From IMG/VR virus record IMGVR_UViG_3300042465_003730, positions 1-35,956 of that record: a stretch of DNA of 35,956 nucleotides; one strand, 5' to 3'. How positions within the stretch are numbered: position 1 is the first letter of the stretch; every line of letters starts with the position of its first letter. Below, one piece after another: positions 18,133 through 27,169 of the stretch. The notes beneath the pieces are model-generated. The model was not told where the DNA came from and did no database searches. It worked only from the letters and a program-made list of their open reading frames with translations. The DNA comes from a virus (lineage: Duplodnaviria > Caudoviricetes). The translations under genes were made by a program, and so were the position numbers.

Positions 18133-19557
18133 ATGGCGTCTTTATTGGACTTTTTCACGGGCAGCGGAAGCTACAGCGGTCAGCAAGTGCCGAACTCGCC
18201 TGAAGCTGCGTCACAAGGTTATGCGCCAGGCTTGCTTGATCGTTTTGGATCAGGTCTTGATCGGTTGCAGCAATACCCTGGCTTGCCCGCCATGCCCATG
18301 GATGAAGAGGAGCGGCGCAGGCAACGGCTTATGACGCTTGCGCAATTAGGCTCAACGGTTGCGCGTGGCGGCACACTAGCCGAAGGTTTGCAAGGTGTGC
18401 AACAACAAGGGTTGCAAAGGCAGTTGTTTCAAATACAACTGAACGAGCAGCAACGTAAGTTGCTTGAGCAACAGCAACTGTCACAGCGTATGGCGGCACT
18501 TCGCCAACGTTTGCAAGGATTGCCAACCGAAATAACGCCATCCATGGCGCTTGCTGGTGGCGGCGGTCCAACAGAGCAGGCCGCGCAAATGATTGGTCAG
18601 CGCATACCTGAAGATGAACGCCAACGAATGAGGGCTGACTTGTTACGCGGTGTGGCGTCAGAATTAGCACTTGAACCTGGCGGTGCGCCACAGGCCAAAG
18701 CTTTGACCGAGCTTGCGCAAAATATCAGCGAAGTGCAAAAGCCAACTGTACTTTCGCCTGGAGCAAGAGCGGTTAGCGCGACAGGAAGGGTGATTGCTGA
18801 AGCGCCATTTGCTCCAAAAGAACCAAAGCAACTTAGTTTTGAACAACGTGTTTTGGAAGACCCAACTTTTGCCACAAGTCCCGCCGGAATTGCTTGGTTG
18901 AACATAAAGAAACAAATTGCTGCCGAAGGAAGGCCAAGTGTTACGGTGCAAACTGGAGAAACATTTGCCAAGGAGATGGCGAAGGGTGCCGCTGGTCAGG
19001 CTCAAGAGCAAGTCGCGCAAGGGCAGTCAGCAGCAAGCCAGATTGAAAATAGCAACCGAGTTAGGGCATTGCTTGATCAAGGTGTGATTAGCGGTTTTGG
19101 TGCTGAAGGAAGGCTTAAGCTTGGACAGGCCGCACAAGCACTTGGCTTTAACCAAAATGATCCAAGGATTGCAAACACCGCCACACTGATTCCGCAACTG
19201 GCTCAACGCACGCTGAACAACGCATCAAAGATGAAAGGTGTGTTATCTGATTCAGATATTTTGTTGCTTACAAAAGTATCTAACGCTGATATTTCGGTTG
19301 GCGAGGCGGCATTACGCCAGGCATTAGACATTTCTGACCGTGTTGACAAAGAAGCAATTAAACGTGGTCGCAATGCGGCTCAAACCATCCTTGCAACGCC
19401 AGGAATGTCACAGTTTGCGCCGCTGTATCAAATCAATGAGCCAAAGCCTTACTCCAAACAGGTCACGGTTCGAGGCAAGTCAGTGACCGCCACACAAGGA
19501 ACTGATGGCAATTACTATGTCACTGTTGACGGCAAACGTTACCGCGTAGAGGAATAA
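18133..19557 (+). CDS. Internal virion (DNA ejection) protein
   Basis: 474 aa, Ala/Gln-rich helical; position. Confidence 0.7.
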   Translation: MASLLDFFTGSGSYSGQQVPNSPEAASQGYAPGLLDRFGSGLDRLQQYPGLPAMPMDEEERRRQRLMTLAQLGSTVARGGTLAEGLQGVQQQGLQRQLFQIQLNEQQRKLLEQQQLSQRMAALRQRLQGLPTEITPSMALAGGGGPTEQAAQMIGQRIPEDERQRMRADLLRGVASELALEPGGAPQAKALTELAQNISEVQKPTVLSPGARAVSATGRVIAEAPFAPKEPKQLSFEQRVLEDPTFATSPAGIAWLNIKKQIAAEGRPSVTVQTGETFAKEMAKGAAGQAQEQVAQGQSAASQIENSNRVRALLDQGVISGFGAEGRLKLGQAAQALGFNQNDPRIANTATLIPQLAQRTLNNASKMKGVLSDSDILLLTKVSNADISVGEAALRQALDISDRVDKEAIKRGRNAAQTILATPGMSQFAPLYQINEPKPYSKQVTVRGKSVTATQGTDGNYYVTVDGKRYRVEE

Positions 19558-19560
19558 ATC

Positions 19561-21657
19561 ATGGCTGAAGCCAGACTCATACCCGTTGAGGATGAAGAAG
19601 AAAAGCGCGAAGTGCGTTTGATACCTGTTGAAGCACCACGCATGGAACGCCCGCCATCACCAACCATTGGCGAGCGAACGATTCGAGGGTTTCTCGACGT
19701 TGGGCAAGGTATTAAACAGTTGTACTTGATGGCGACCGATCCAGATGAGGCCGCTAAGTACACGCAAAAAGTCAATAGAGATTTGGCGTTATACGAGGCC
19801 GCAATTGGTACTGCGCAGCCGCCTAGTATTTACGGCGAGCGTGGTATGCGTACCGATGCAGGACCGGCGGCAGATATTCCGCGCATGGTTGGCAATGTCG
19901 TGGCAACTGCGCCCGCCATGCTTATACCTGGTGGCCGCGAGTTGACGCTTGCGGGCATGACTGCGCGAGCGGCGCAGGGTGCCTTGCCAGCCGCAGCGAT
20001 GTATAGCGAAGCAGGAACACCTGAAGCTAAACTTGCACAGGCGGCAACCGGCGCCGTTGCCGGTGTGGTGGCGCCTGAAGTAGCGAAAGGCGCAACGCGT
20101 CTTGCATTAGGAACAAGAGATGTAGTGAGTGGCATGGCCCGCCAGGCGGTTACGATGCCACCGGCGCAAGTGCGCGTTGAAATCAACAATTACATCAAAT
20201 CACTTGACCCGCAAGCTGACATTTCGCAACTTACGGCAACCGCGCAAGCGCGATTGGCTGAAGGCGCAAAGCAACAGTTACGCGCCACAGGAAATCTTGA
20301 TCCGGCATCGTTGATGCGCCGCGAGGATTTTGAAAAGCTTGGTATGCCTTACACAGCAGGGCAAGTAACGCGTGACCCAAGACAGTTTGCAATGGAGCGC
20401 AACTTAGCCGCCATCGAACAATCGGGCCAGCCATTGCTTGATATTTTCACGCAGCAACCGCGTCTGTTGCGCGAACGGCTTGAAGCAATACGCGGCCAGG
20501 CGCAACCAACGCCATTGGCAACGGGCGAAGCGGTAACAGGCGCCATCGGTCAGCGCCAAGATCGAAGCGGTATTTTTGGTGCATTGGGTGCTGATATTGA
20601 TGCGGCTTACAACGCAGCGCGTGGTTTACCAGGCGCAAAAGATCAAATACCTTTTGGCGATTTTCGCCAGCGCATTCAAGCAACGCTTGATGACTTTGAA
20701 GACGTTATTCCTGCGCCCGTCAAAAAGAGAATTGATCAGTTTGCGATTGGCGGTGAAGCTGGACGCCCATTTAGCATTGAAGAGGCGATCAAATTTCGTC
20801 AGTTGCTTACGCAACGAGCTGGGGAAAATCCAGGTTCCGCCAAAGCAATGGGTGACATTAAGCGACAACTCGACGCTTACTTGGCCGAAGCCACGCAAGG
20901 GTTGGAGGCAAACCAAGCCGTTCAAAAGTTCCGCGAAGGCATTAACCTGTCAGCCGCCAGGGCAAAAGAATTTGACCCGTTCAAGCCAATCGTTGCCGGT
21001 CAGGCCAATCAAGATCAGTTTTTCCAGCGCTTTATCATTGGCGGGCAAACAAAAGACGTAATTGCATTGCGCGATACGCTTACCAAACCGCGTGGCGGTA
21101 AGATTGATCAAGCCGTACTTGATCAGGCCAAAGCCGCATGGGATGACGTAAGAGCGCAAACGGTGCAATGGTTGATTGACAGTGCCGTTGGAACATCAGG
21201 CGCATTCAGCCAGGCAGGATTTAATGCGGCGCTGAAACGCATTCAGCCAAAGCTTGAAGTGTTGTTCAACAAGGAAGAGGTTGATCAACTTAAGCGTATT
21301 GGCCGCGCATCAACCGCAGCATTTGGCGAGCCAGCAACGGGCGGCGTGCCACTTATCAATCGATCAGGCACAGCGCCAACACTTATGAATATCGTTACGC
21401 GTGGTGTTGGCGGCAATGTGCCATTGGTTGGCCCGATGGCGCAAAACATTTCACAGCGTATGCAAACCGCCGCCAATGTGGAAGCGACACAAGCTGCGGT
21501 GCAAGGCGGTGTGGTATCGCCTGCCGCTGCGCTTGAGCGCGAGAGGCAGCGAAGGATGCTTGCACAGCGCATGTCCGGTCCGTTCCAGGTAGGCCCATTT
21601 CAAGTTGCGCCGTTCCCTGTGATGGGGGGTCTTCTCACCGAGGAATATCGAAGGTAA
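19561..21657 (+). CDS. Large internal virion (DNA transfer) protein
   Basis: 698 aa, Ala/Gly-rich; last gene of the virion operon, like P22 gp16. Confidence 0.7.
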   Translation: MAEARLIPVEDEEEKREVRLIPVEAPRMERPPSPTIGERTIRGFLDVGQGIKQLYLMATDPDEAAKYTQKVNRDLALYEAAIGTAQPPSIYGERGMRTDAGPAADIPRMVGNVVATAPAMLIPGGRELTLAGMTARAAQGALPAAAMYSEAGTPEAKLAQAATGAVAGVVAPEVAKGATRLALGTRDVVSGMARQAVTMPPAQVRVEINNYIKSLDPQADISQLTATAQARLAEGAKQQLRATGNLDPASLMRREDFEKLGMPYTAGQVTRDPRQFAMERNLAAIEQSGQPLLDIFTQQPRLLRERLEAIRGQAQPTPLATGEAVTGAIGQRQDRSGIFGALGADIDAAYNAARGLPGAKDQIPFGDFRQRIQATLDDFEDVIPAPVKKRIDQFAIGGEAGRPFSIEEAIKFRQLLTQRAGENPGSAKAMGDIKRQLDAYLAEATQGLEANQAVQKFREGINLSAARAKEFDPFKPIVAGQANQDQFFQRFIIGGQTKDVIALRDTLTKPRGGKIDQAVLDQAKAAWDDVRAQTVQWLIDSAVGTSGAFSQAGFNAALKRIQPKLEVLFNKEEVDQLKRIGRASTAAFGEPATGGVPLINRSGTAPTLMNIVTRGVGGNVPLVGPMAQNISQRMQTAANVEATQAAVQGGVVSPAAALERERQRRMLAQRMSGPFQVGPFQVAPFPVMGGLLTEEYRR

Positions 21658-21666
21658 ACTACAATC

Positions 21667-21734
21667 TGGACTCCTCCTGTGTTGTCATTCTCCCCCTGAG
21701 AGTGTTTGCCGCCTGCCGCTGGCGGCATTTTTTT
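21667..21734 (+). ncRNA. Candidate small RNA with anti-SD (CUCCUCC, CUCCCCC) motifs
   Basis: TTCTCA-N17-TAAACT (21632-21660) upstream; C-rich motifs; own terminator; no credible ORF. Confidence 0.4.
21707..21734 (+). terminator. Rho-independent terminator ending the virion operon or sRNA
   Basis: TGCCGCC-7nt-GGCGGCA followed by T7. Confidence 0.85.
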
Positions 21735-21745
21735 GACCGTCCGTC

Positions 21746-21782
21746 TGAAATGCGCTGGTCATTTCATGCACTTCGTGCATGA
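21746..21782. promoter_or_regulatory. Two overlapping palindromes, candidate operators of the early operon
   Basis: TGAAATG-N7-CATTTCA (21746-21766) and TCATGCAC-TTC-GTGCATGA (21764-21782). Confidence 0.45.
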
Positions 21783-21791
21783 TGGCAAGTT

Positions 21792-22268
21792 ATGAAAATC
21801 ATTATCGGTATTGATCCAGGGTTGAGCGGTGCCATTGCTGCCGTTCAAGGTCAAAAATTAGTTAGCGTATTCGACATGCCAACGGTTGAACGCAAGGTTG
21901 GCAAGTCAGTCAAACGCTTTGTTGCGCCGCACGAACTCCATACGGAGTTGGCGGCATTCTTAATTGATCACGAGTGCGAATGCTACATCGAGCAAGTGTC
22001 CGCCATGCCAGGCCAGGGCGTCACGAGCATGTTTAACTTTGGACGCTCGCTTGGCAACGTGGAAGGCGTACTGGCAAGTCTGAAGATTCGCTACCACTTT
22101 GTGCCGCCACTGACATGGCAACGCGCCGTTAGGTTAACAGGCGGCAAGGAAGGCGCACGCGCATTGGCGATGCAAATGTTTCCAGAAACGAGTTCAGCGT
22201 TTAGCCGTGTTAAGGACAATGGACGTGCTGACGCTGCGCTGATTGCTTTATATGGTTCGATGCAATAG
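21792..22268 (+). CDS. RuvC-like Holliday junction resolvase
   Basis: IIGIDPGLSGAIA, YIEQV, SMFNFG, GRADAALIA (RNase H-fold acidic residues). Confidence 0.85.
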   Translation: MKIIIGIDPGLSGAIAAVQGQKLVSVFDMPTVERKVGKSVKRFVAPHELHTELAAFLIDHECECYIEQVSAMPGQGVTSMFNFGRSLGNVEGVLASLKIRYHFVPPLTWQRAVRLTGGKEGARALAMQMFPETSSAFSRVKDNGRADAALIALYGSMQ

Positions 22269-22279
22269 GAGTTAAAGAC

Positions 22280-22471
22280 ATGGGAACACAGGAAGTGGAA
22301 AACTTGAAAGAGCTGTTGGCGTATACCCGCCAAATCGCAGCCGATTCAGATCGCAAGTTGCGAACGGCGAGGCAGTTTATTGGCGAACTAACCGATGTTG
22401 AACGCCTTGGCAGTCAAGTATCGGATCAGGTTCGCAGTCATGCCATCCAAATTTTGCAAAGGATTATGTGA
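22280..22471 (+). CDS. Hypothetical protein
   Basis: SD AGGAG; helical. Confidence 0.7.
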   Translation: MGTQEVENLKELLAYTRQIAADSDRKLRTARQFIGELTDVERLGSQVSDQVRSHAIQILQRIM

Positions 22472-22719
22472 TGTTGATCCAGCGCAATGGAAAAACCGTG
22501 GTTGTTGTTGACCGTCCAAAGATTGGATCAGCCTATGAACCGCCAAAGCCAAACTATTTGGCGGATGATCAATTGTGGATTCAATCTGTATTTACGTTTA
22601 AGCGCGTTCCGGCCCACGCCATACGCGATAGGCAAGCCAAGTTGCTGTTACTCGGCTCAATTTACTTTGGCGGCGTCTTAATGCTTGGGCAGATTGCGCG
22701 TTACTTATTGCAACGATGA
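22468..22719 (+). CDS. Hypothetical protein with C-terminal TM helix
   Basis: Coupled; KIGSAYEPP motif; hydrophobic tail. Confidence 0.65.
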   Translation: MMLIQRNGKTVVVVDRPKIGSAYEPPKPNYLADDQLWIQSVFTFKRVPAHAIRDRQAKLLLLGSIYFGGVLMLGQIARYLLQR

Positions 22720-22934
22720 AGATGCCGTTTGTTAAAAGCTTTTCACTCAACGCTTTATGGCGGGCATTGTCTCGCCAACCTGAAAGGGATCGTCATGGAA
22801 CAAAAGATAACGATTGCTGCAACGGGAACTGTAACCAAGGCCGAGATTGCCCACTCAGAGCATCAGGCGGACGATACGTTTGGTTTCGAGGCAATAGCAC
22901 CGAAAAAGGGACGAACACCAAAAGCAACGGTTGA
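22716..22934 (+). CDS. Small Cys-rich protein (CCNGNCNQGRDCP), overlaps the next gene
   Basis: ATGA-coupled to the upstream stop; compact Cys motif. Confidence 0.45.
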   Translation: MKMPFVKSFSLNALWRALSRQPERDRHGTKDNDCCNGNCNQGRDCPLRASGGRYVWFRGNSTEKGTNTKSNG

Positions 22935-23091
22935 AGCAGGCGAACTCGAAAAGCGTTTGAACATTGCACTTGAGAACCTGGCGGACTGCGTGGAAACGCT
23001 CAAGGGTTTGGAAAGTTATGGACGCTTTAACGATTCCGTGGTTCGCCGCCGCGCATTGGAATGCCTGAAAAGGATTGGCGCATGGGAATGA
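22795..23091 (+). CDS. Hypothetical protein (98 aa)
   Basis: SD-like GAAAGGGA; stop coupled to ATG 23088. Confidence 0.6.
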   Translation: MEQKITIAATGTVTKAEIAHSEHQADDTFGFEAIAPKKGRTPKATVEAGELEKRLNIALENLADCVETLKGLESYGRFNDSVVRRRALECLKRIGAWE

Positions 23092-23744
23092 AAATGATTG
23101 TGTCAACGGTCAAGCCTGACAAAGGATCGTTGCACGTCCTGGCGGCAAGCGTTGACGCTTACGCGCCAGAGGTTGACCTTTGCATTGAGAACGGAAAGGG
23201 GCCAACGTTTGGCGAGGACTACAACCGAGCGATTGAGCGCTTTATGTCCAAGGATGACGAAGGTGTAATCATCGCCAATGATGACATTGTGCTTACGCCT
23301 TATTCGTATCGATTGCTGATGGAAGATGTTCAGGCGCTTGGAAAACTTTGCGGTCACAAATTGGGTCTTGTTGCAGCGCGTTCCGACTATGTAAGGCCAA
23401 ACCAAAACATTCGCGTTCCGATAGGCGATCGTGATCAGTTTGTTGGTATGCGATGGAAGAGCGAAGGAGCGGTCAGGAAAGTTGCTGTTGTATCGCCTTT
23501 GTTTGCATGGTTGCCGCGTGGCGCGTTTGAGCAAGTTCAATTCCCGCCACTAAATTGGTTTAGCGATGATGTGATGTGCGCCGATCTTGCAGAGATTGGC
23601 TTTAAGCATTGGATCAGCCGAAGCTACATACATCACGTTGGTTCCATGACGATTGGCGTTGACATGCAATCAAATCTTGAACAATCAATGCCATGGCTTA
23701 AAGAGAACAGGCCAAATTACGTTGAAAAATGGGGGCTCGAATGA
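23088..23744 (+). CDS. GT2-like glycosyltransferase
   Basis: FGEDYNRAI, IIANDDIVL (DxD-like), WFSDD, SRSYIHHVGS. Confidence 0.8.
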   Translation: MKMIVSTVKPDKGSLHVLAASVDAYAPEVDLCIENGKGPTFGEDYNRAIERFMSKDDEGVIIANDDIVLTPYSYRLLMEDVQALGKLCGHKLGLVAARSDYVRPNQNIRVPIGDRDQFVGMRWKSEGAVRKVAVVSPLFAWLPRGAFEQVQFPPLNWFSDDVMCADLAEIGFKHWISRSYIHHVGSMTIGVDMQSNLEQSMPWLKENRPNYVEKWGLE

Positions 23745-24421
23745 TTCCGATAAGAATCGTGGCGTGTACTCGCCACAACAGGAAGGACTTCGCAGGAACG
23801 CCATTAGGCGTAACGATTCAGCGCTTTTCGCATCTTTCTTTTATCGAAGCGCAGTTGTTCACAAACAATACCGCTGGACTTTGCCAGCGTTATAACGAAG
23901 CCATTGAAGCCGCCAAAAGCGATCCGGCGTTGCTTGTATTTGTGCATGACGATGTTGAGATTGTTGATTGGTATTGGTACATGCGCTTAGGCGCGTCACT
24001 CGATGACCATCACTTGGTTGGATTGGCGGGTAACTGTCAGCCATCGCCAAGTCAAACATCATGGGCCATTACGGACACTGAAGGTACGCTGTCAGATCGC
24101 CAATCATGGGCCGGTTGCGTAGCGCGTGGCAACGGTGAGTATTTAACGAGTTGGGATGTGTTTGCCTCGCCAAACCGTGAAGTGGAATTGATTGATGGTT
24201 TGTTTATGGCGGCTTACTCGAAGACGTTTCATGACAACGATATAAGGTTTGATGAGCAATTTACCTTTCATCACTACGACATGGACATATGCCGCCAATT
24301 CACAGAGAAAGGCTTATCAATTTATGTGTCATCCATTTCCGCCATCCATCACAGTCAAGGCTTGATGGGTGCATCATGGAAAGAATCAGCGCAACGCTAC
24401 TTGGATAAATGGAAAGCATGA
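23741..24421 (+). CDS. Glycosyltransferase-like (Glyco_tranf_2_5-like)
   Basis: YNEAIE, LVFVHDDV, VGLAG, IDGLFMA, FDEQFTFHHYDMDIC, HHSQG. Confidence 0.8.
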   Translation: MIPIRIVACTRHNRKDFAGTPLGVTIQRFSHLSFIEAQLFTNNTAGLCQRYNEAIEAAKSDPALLVFVHDDVEIVDWYWYMRLGASLDDHHLVGLAGNCQPSPSQTSWAITDTEGTLSDRQSWAGCVARGNGEYLTSWDVFASPNREVELIDGLFMAAYSKTFHDNDIRFDEQFTFHHYDMDICRQFTEKGLSIYVSSISAIHHSQGLMGASWKESAQRYLDKWKA

Positions 24422-24651
24422 ACATCAACAACAGCGATAAAAAAGCCGAACTGCATCCAATGCCCGTGTACATGTTGGAGGGTATGCCGTATGTGCCGCA
24501 TTACATCAAGCCATACCATTGGGTTGCGCCAGGCGGCGTAACGAGGACAACGACATGGCTTGAAGAGCGGCACGCCAAGCAAATCACGCTCCCCTTGTGG
24601 ATGCGCACTTGGGTGCTTGAGCGTTTCGTTGATTCGACACAAAACTTATAG
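24418..24651 (+). CDS. Hypothetical protein
   Basis: Coupled start; YVPHY...WVAPGG. Confidence 0.6.
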   Translation: MNINNSDKKAELHPMPVYMLEGMPYVPHYIKPYHWVAPGGVTRTTTWLEERHAKQITLPLWMRTWVLERFVDSTQNL

Positions 24652-24657
24652 CATAAT
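24629..24657 (+). promoter_or_regulatory. Sigma70-like promoter upstream of GNAT
   Basis: TTGATT-N17-CATAAT. Confidence 0.5.
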
Positions 24658-24680
24658 CATGGGGTTCACGAGGATGCTTT

Positions 24681-25124
24681 ATGTTTCGGATCAAGCGGGC
24701 GACAGAAATGTCACAGAGTACCGAGCAAGCCATACGCTTTCTTCAGAAAGAATGCTTGCCATTGGACACGGTACTAAGTCCGAAAAACGGTTGGTGGTGG
24801 ATCGCCTATTGCGATGGACGGTTGGCGGGATTTGCCGCCATGCTGCAATCAAGCAAAATACCGGAAGCCGCATATCTTGCGAGGGCCGGTACGCTGGAAT
24901 CGTTTCGTGGCCGGGGGCTACAAAAGAAGTTGATCCGAGAGCGCTTGAAGTTCGCCAAGGACTTAGGCTTGACGCAGGCCATTACCGATACCACGGACAA
25001 CGTGGCATCAGCCAATGCGTTGATCGCCACAGGGTTCAGAATGTTCGAGCCGGAAGACCCTTGGGGGCTGCCCAATACGTTGTACTGGAGGAAGACGCTT
25101 GCCGTACAAAGACCCGAAGGTTAA
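24681..25124 (+). CDS. GNAT family N-acetyltransferase
   Basis: RAGTLESFRGRGLQKKLI (acetyl-CoA motif A), NVASANALIATGF (motif B). Confidence 0.9.
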   Translation: MFRIKRATEMSQSTEQAIRFLQKECLPLDTVLSPKNGWWWIAYCDGRLAGFAAMLQSSKIPEAAYLARAGTLESFRGRGLQKKLIRERLKFAKDLGLTQAITDTTDNVASANALIATGFRMFEPEDPWGLPNTLYWRKTLAVQRPEG

Positions 25125-25485
25125 AGCAACCAAGCAAAAGATTTACGCCAAGCGTCATTACGAAAACAACCGCGAAAAAACAATCAAGGCAGTGCTCGCA
25201 TCAAGACGCTTGTTGCGCAAAAAGTGGCAAGTGTTTAAGTCTACGCTTTCATGCGAACGATGTGGCATTCAACACGAAGCCGTGATTGACTTTCACCATG
25301 TTGATCGTTCGCCGCCAAAGTACAGCGTCAATCAACTTGTTAAAGATGGTGCCATCGCGAAAGCGTTTGAAGAAATTAAGAAGTGCATCGCCGTGTGCTC
25401 AAACTGCCATCGCATCTTGCATCACGAAGAGCGCAAGCTAGCACGCAAAAAATTAAAACTCAAACAGAAAAGGAAGAAGAAATGA
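25099..25485 (+). CDS. HNH endonuclease-like protein (TTG start)
   Basis: CERCG...DFHH...KCIAVCSNCHRILH. Confidence 0.8.
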   Translation: MPYKDPKVKATKQKIYAKRHYENNREKTIKAVLASRRLLRKKWQVFKSTLSCERCGIQHEAVIDFHHVDRSPPKYSVNQLVKDGAIAKAFEEIKKCIAVCSNCHRILHHEERKLARKKLKLKQKRKKK

Positions 25486-26552
25486 ACGCACACTCAGAGT
25501 GGTCACCATCAGCCGCCGAGCGATGGATAGCGTGCCCGGCATCAATCAAACTCTCACGAGGTGTGCCGCCACGCGAAGCAGGAGACGCTGCAAAGATAGG
25601 AACAGCGGTACACGCATTGGCGGAAACGGTGATGCTGACAGGTTCAGCGCCGAATACATTTGTTGGAAAGGAATTTGAAGGTGTTGAGATTAGCGAGGAG
25701 ATGGCGTCTTGGGCCGAGGTCTATACGGACTTTGCGGGCGAACTGGAAAAGCGCATGGAAAGTTCTTGCCTCATCGAAGAGCGTCTTCGCATTCCTAATT
25801 ACGCTGGCGCTGATGTGTATGGGACTGCCGATCTTATTTGCTTTAACGATGTTGACTTGGTTGTTGGAGACCTTAAAACTGGTCGGATTAAGGTGGATGT
25901 TGAAGGTCCGCAACTTAAGATTTACGCGTTAGGCGCACTGCAAAAGGCACCAGCAAGCGTGAAGAACATTACGCTTGCGATCATTCAGCCAACACAGGAA
26001 CCGCAGATCAGTTTGGCGTTCATGACTAAAGCCGAACTTATCGATTGGTCCGCCAATGTGTTTGAACCGGCATTGCGTGACACGCTGGCGCCATTTCCGC
26101 CAACACATGAAGGTGAGCATTGCCGCTGGTGTCCGGCCAGGTCAAAGTGCCCGGCAAAAATAGCGCGTGTTGAATCGTTTGCTGGCGTTACGCCAAAGCA
26201 AATCGATAAAGCCACGGAAAATGAATTGAACGCCATGATGAACGTAGCTGACGATGCGTTGCACACGATTGATGCCATCAAAGAGCGCGTCACAAACGCG
26301 CTGCAAGCAGGGCGTGAGTTGCAGGATTGGACGCTTGTGCCGAAGCGTGCAACGCGCAAATGGCAAAACGATGAACTGATGGCGGGATTGCTTAGTGCGC
26401 ACAAAGGTGCCGTGAAAACAGTACCGATCACGCCAGCGCAGTTGGAGAAGAAATTGCCAGATGTTTATGAAGCATTCGCGGATAAGGTCACCGCCGAATC
26501 AAGTGGCTTAACACTTGGGCGCAAACCAGCGCCAAATTTGACCTCACTTTAA
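25482..26552 (+). CDS. PD-(D/E)XK Cas4-like exonuclease (DUF2800 family)
   Basis: HSEWSPSAAERWIACPAS, GTAVH, GTAD..DLKTG, QLKIYALG, CRWCPARSKCP. Confidence 0.85.
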   Translation: MNAHSEWSPSAAERWIACPASIKLSRGVPPREAGDAAKIGTAVHALAETVMLTGSAPNTFVGKEFEGVEISEEMASWAEVYTDFAGELEKRMESSCLIEERLRIPNYAGADVYGTADLICFNDVDLVVGDLKTGRIKVDVEGPQLKIYALGALQKAPASVKNITLAIIQPTQEPQISLAFMTKAELIDWSANVFEPALRDTLAPFPPTHEGEHCRWCPARSKCPAKIARVESFAGVTPKQIDKATENELNAMMNVADDALHTIDAIKERVTNALQAGRELQDWTLVPKRATRKWQNDELMAGLLSAHKGAVKTVPITPAQLEKKLPDVYEAFADKVTAESSGLTLGRKPAPNLTSL

Positions 26553-26567
26553 CTAGGAAACTTTGAC

Positions 26568-27104
26568 ATGCTAGGACTTACAGGTGGTGGATCAGGACTT
26601 CCCTACATTCGTTTCTCGCCATCCATGAATATGTGGAGCGACAAGACGGGCCAGGAAATCCAACTCAAAAAAATGTTGTTTGACATTGATAACGTGCAAA
26701 CGGGTTGGTTGTTGCTTGAAGCCGGTGTGCGCGATTGGCAACCTGATCAAGAGTTAGGTAGGCAAGGCCCAAAGCCAAGCGATGCGCATAAGCGCGGATT
26801 CGTTGTTCGTTTCTTCAGCCGCGAGATGGGATGGGTTGAGTGGTCAAGCAATGGCGCCGGACCGAACATGGGTTTGGAAGCGCTTTACACCGCAGCCGCC
26901 AAGGATCGCAACGCGAACGCTGGCAAGCTGCCGATCATTGAATACCAAGGCGCCGAGGCCATGAAAGTTGGCAAAGGCAACACGCGCAAGCCTAAGTGGA
27001 ATATCACGGGTTGGGCGCCAAGGCCCACGGATGATCCAGGCAGTGCGCCCGTTGCTGCGCCGGAACCGGTGGCCCCTGCGCCAGCGAAGGGTGAAGAGTT
27101 TTAA
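26568..27104 (+). CDS. Putative ssDNA-binding / annealing protein
   Basis: Follows the exonuclease; Pro/Ala linker and acidic-aromatic C-terminus (GEEF); own terminator. Confidence 0.6.
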   Translation: MLGLTGGGSGLPYIRFSPSMNMWSDKTGQEIQLKKMLFDIDNVQTGWLLLEAGVRDWQPDQELGRQGPKPSDAHKRGFVVRFFSREMGWVEWSSNGAGPNMGLEALYTAAAKDRNANAGKLPIIEYQGAEAMKVGKGNTRKPKWNITGWAPRPTDDPGSAPVAAPEPVAPAPAKGEEF

Positions 27105-27124
27105 GAAGTCACTGACTTACAAAA

Positions 27125-27151
27125 CCCGGTCTTTTTAGGCCGGGATTTTTT
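27125..27151 (+). terminator. Rho-independent terminator
   Basis: CCCGGTCT-TTTT-AGGCCGGG then AT6. Confidence 0.8.
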
Positions 27152-27169
27152 GACTCTTAAGGGGATGAT

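Noticed and set aside
21659-21688. Minus-strand 9-codon ORF (MTTQEESRL) in the sRNA region
   Set aside because: SD spacing is too short, and the promoter and terminator point to + strand transcription.
24560-25285. 241-aa alternative-frame ORF
   Set aside because: It overlaps the well-supported GNAT and HNH genes and has no motifs; shadow ORF.
25482-26552. Cas4-like nuclease as CRISPR-related
   Set aside because: Its context (SSB-like gene, primase-helicase) is the usual phage recombination/replication module, and there is no array.
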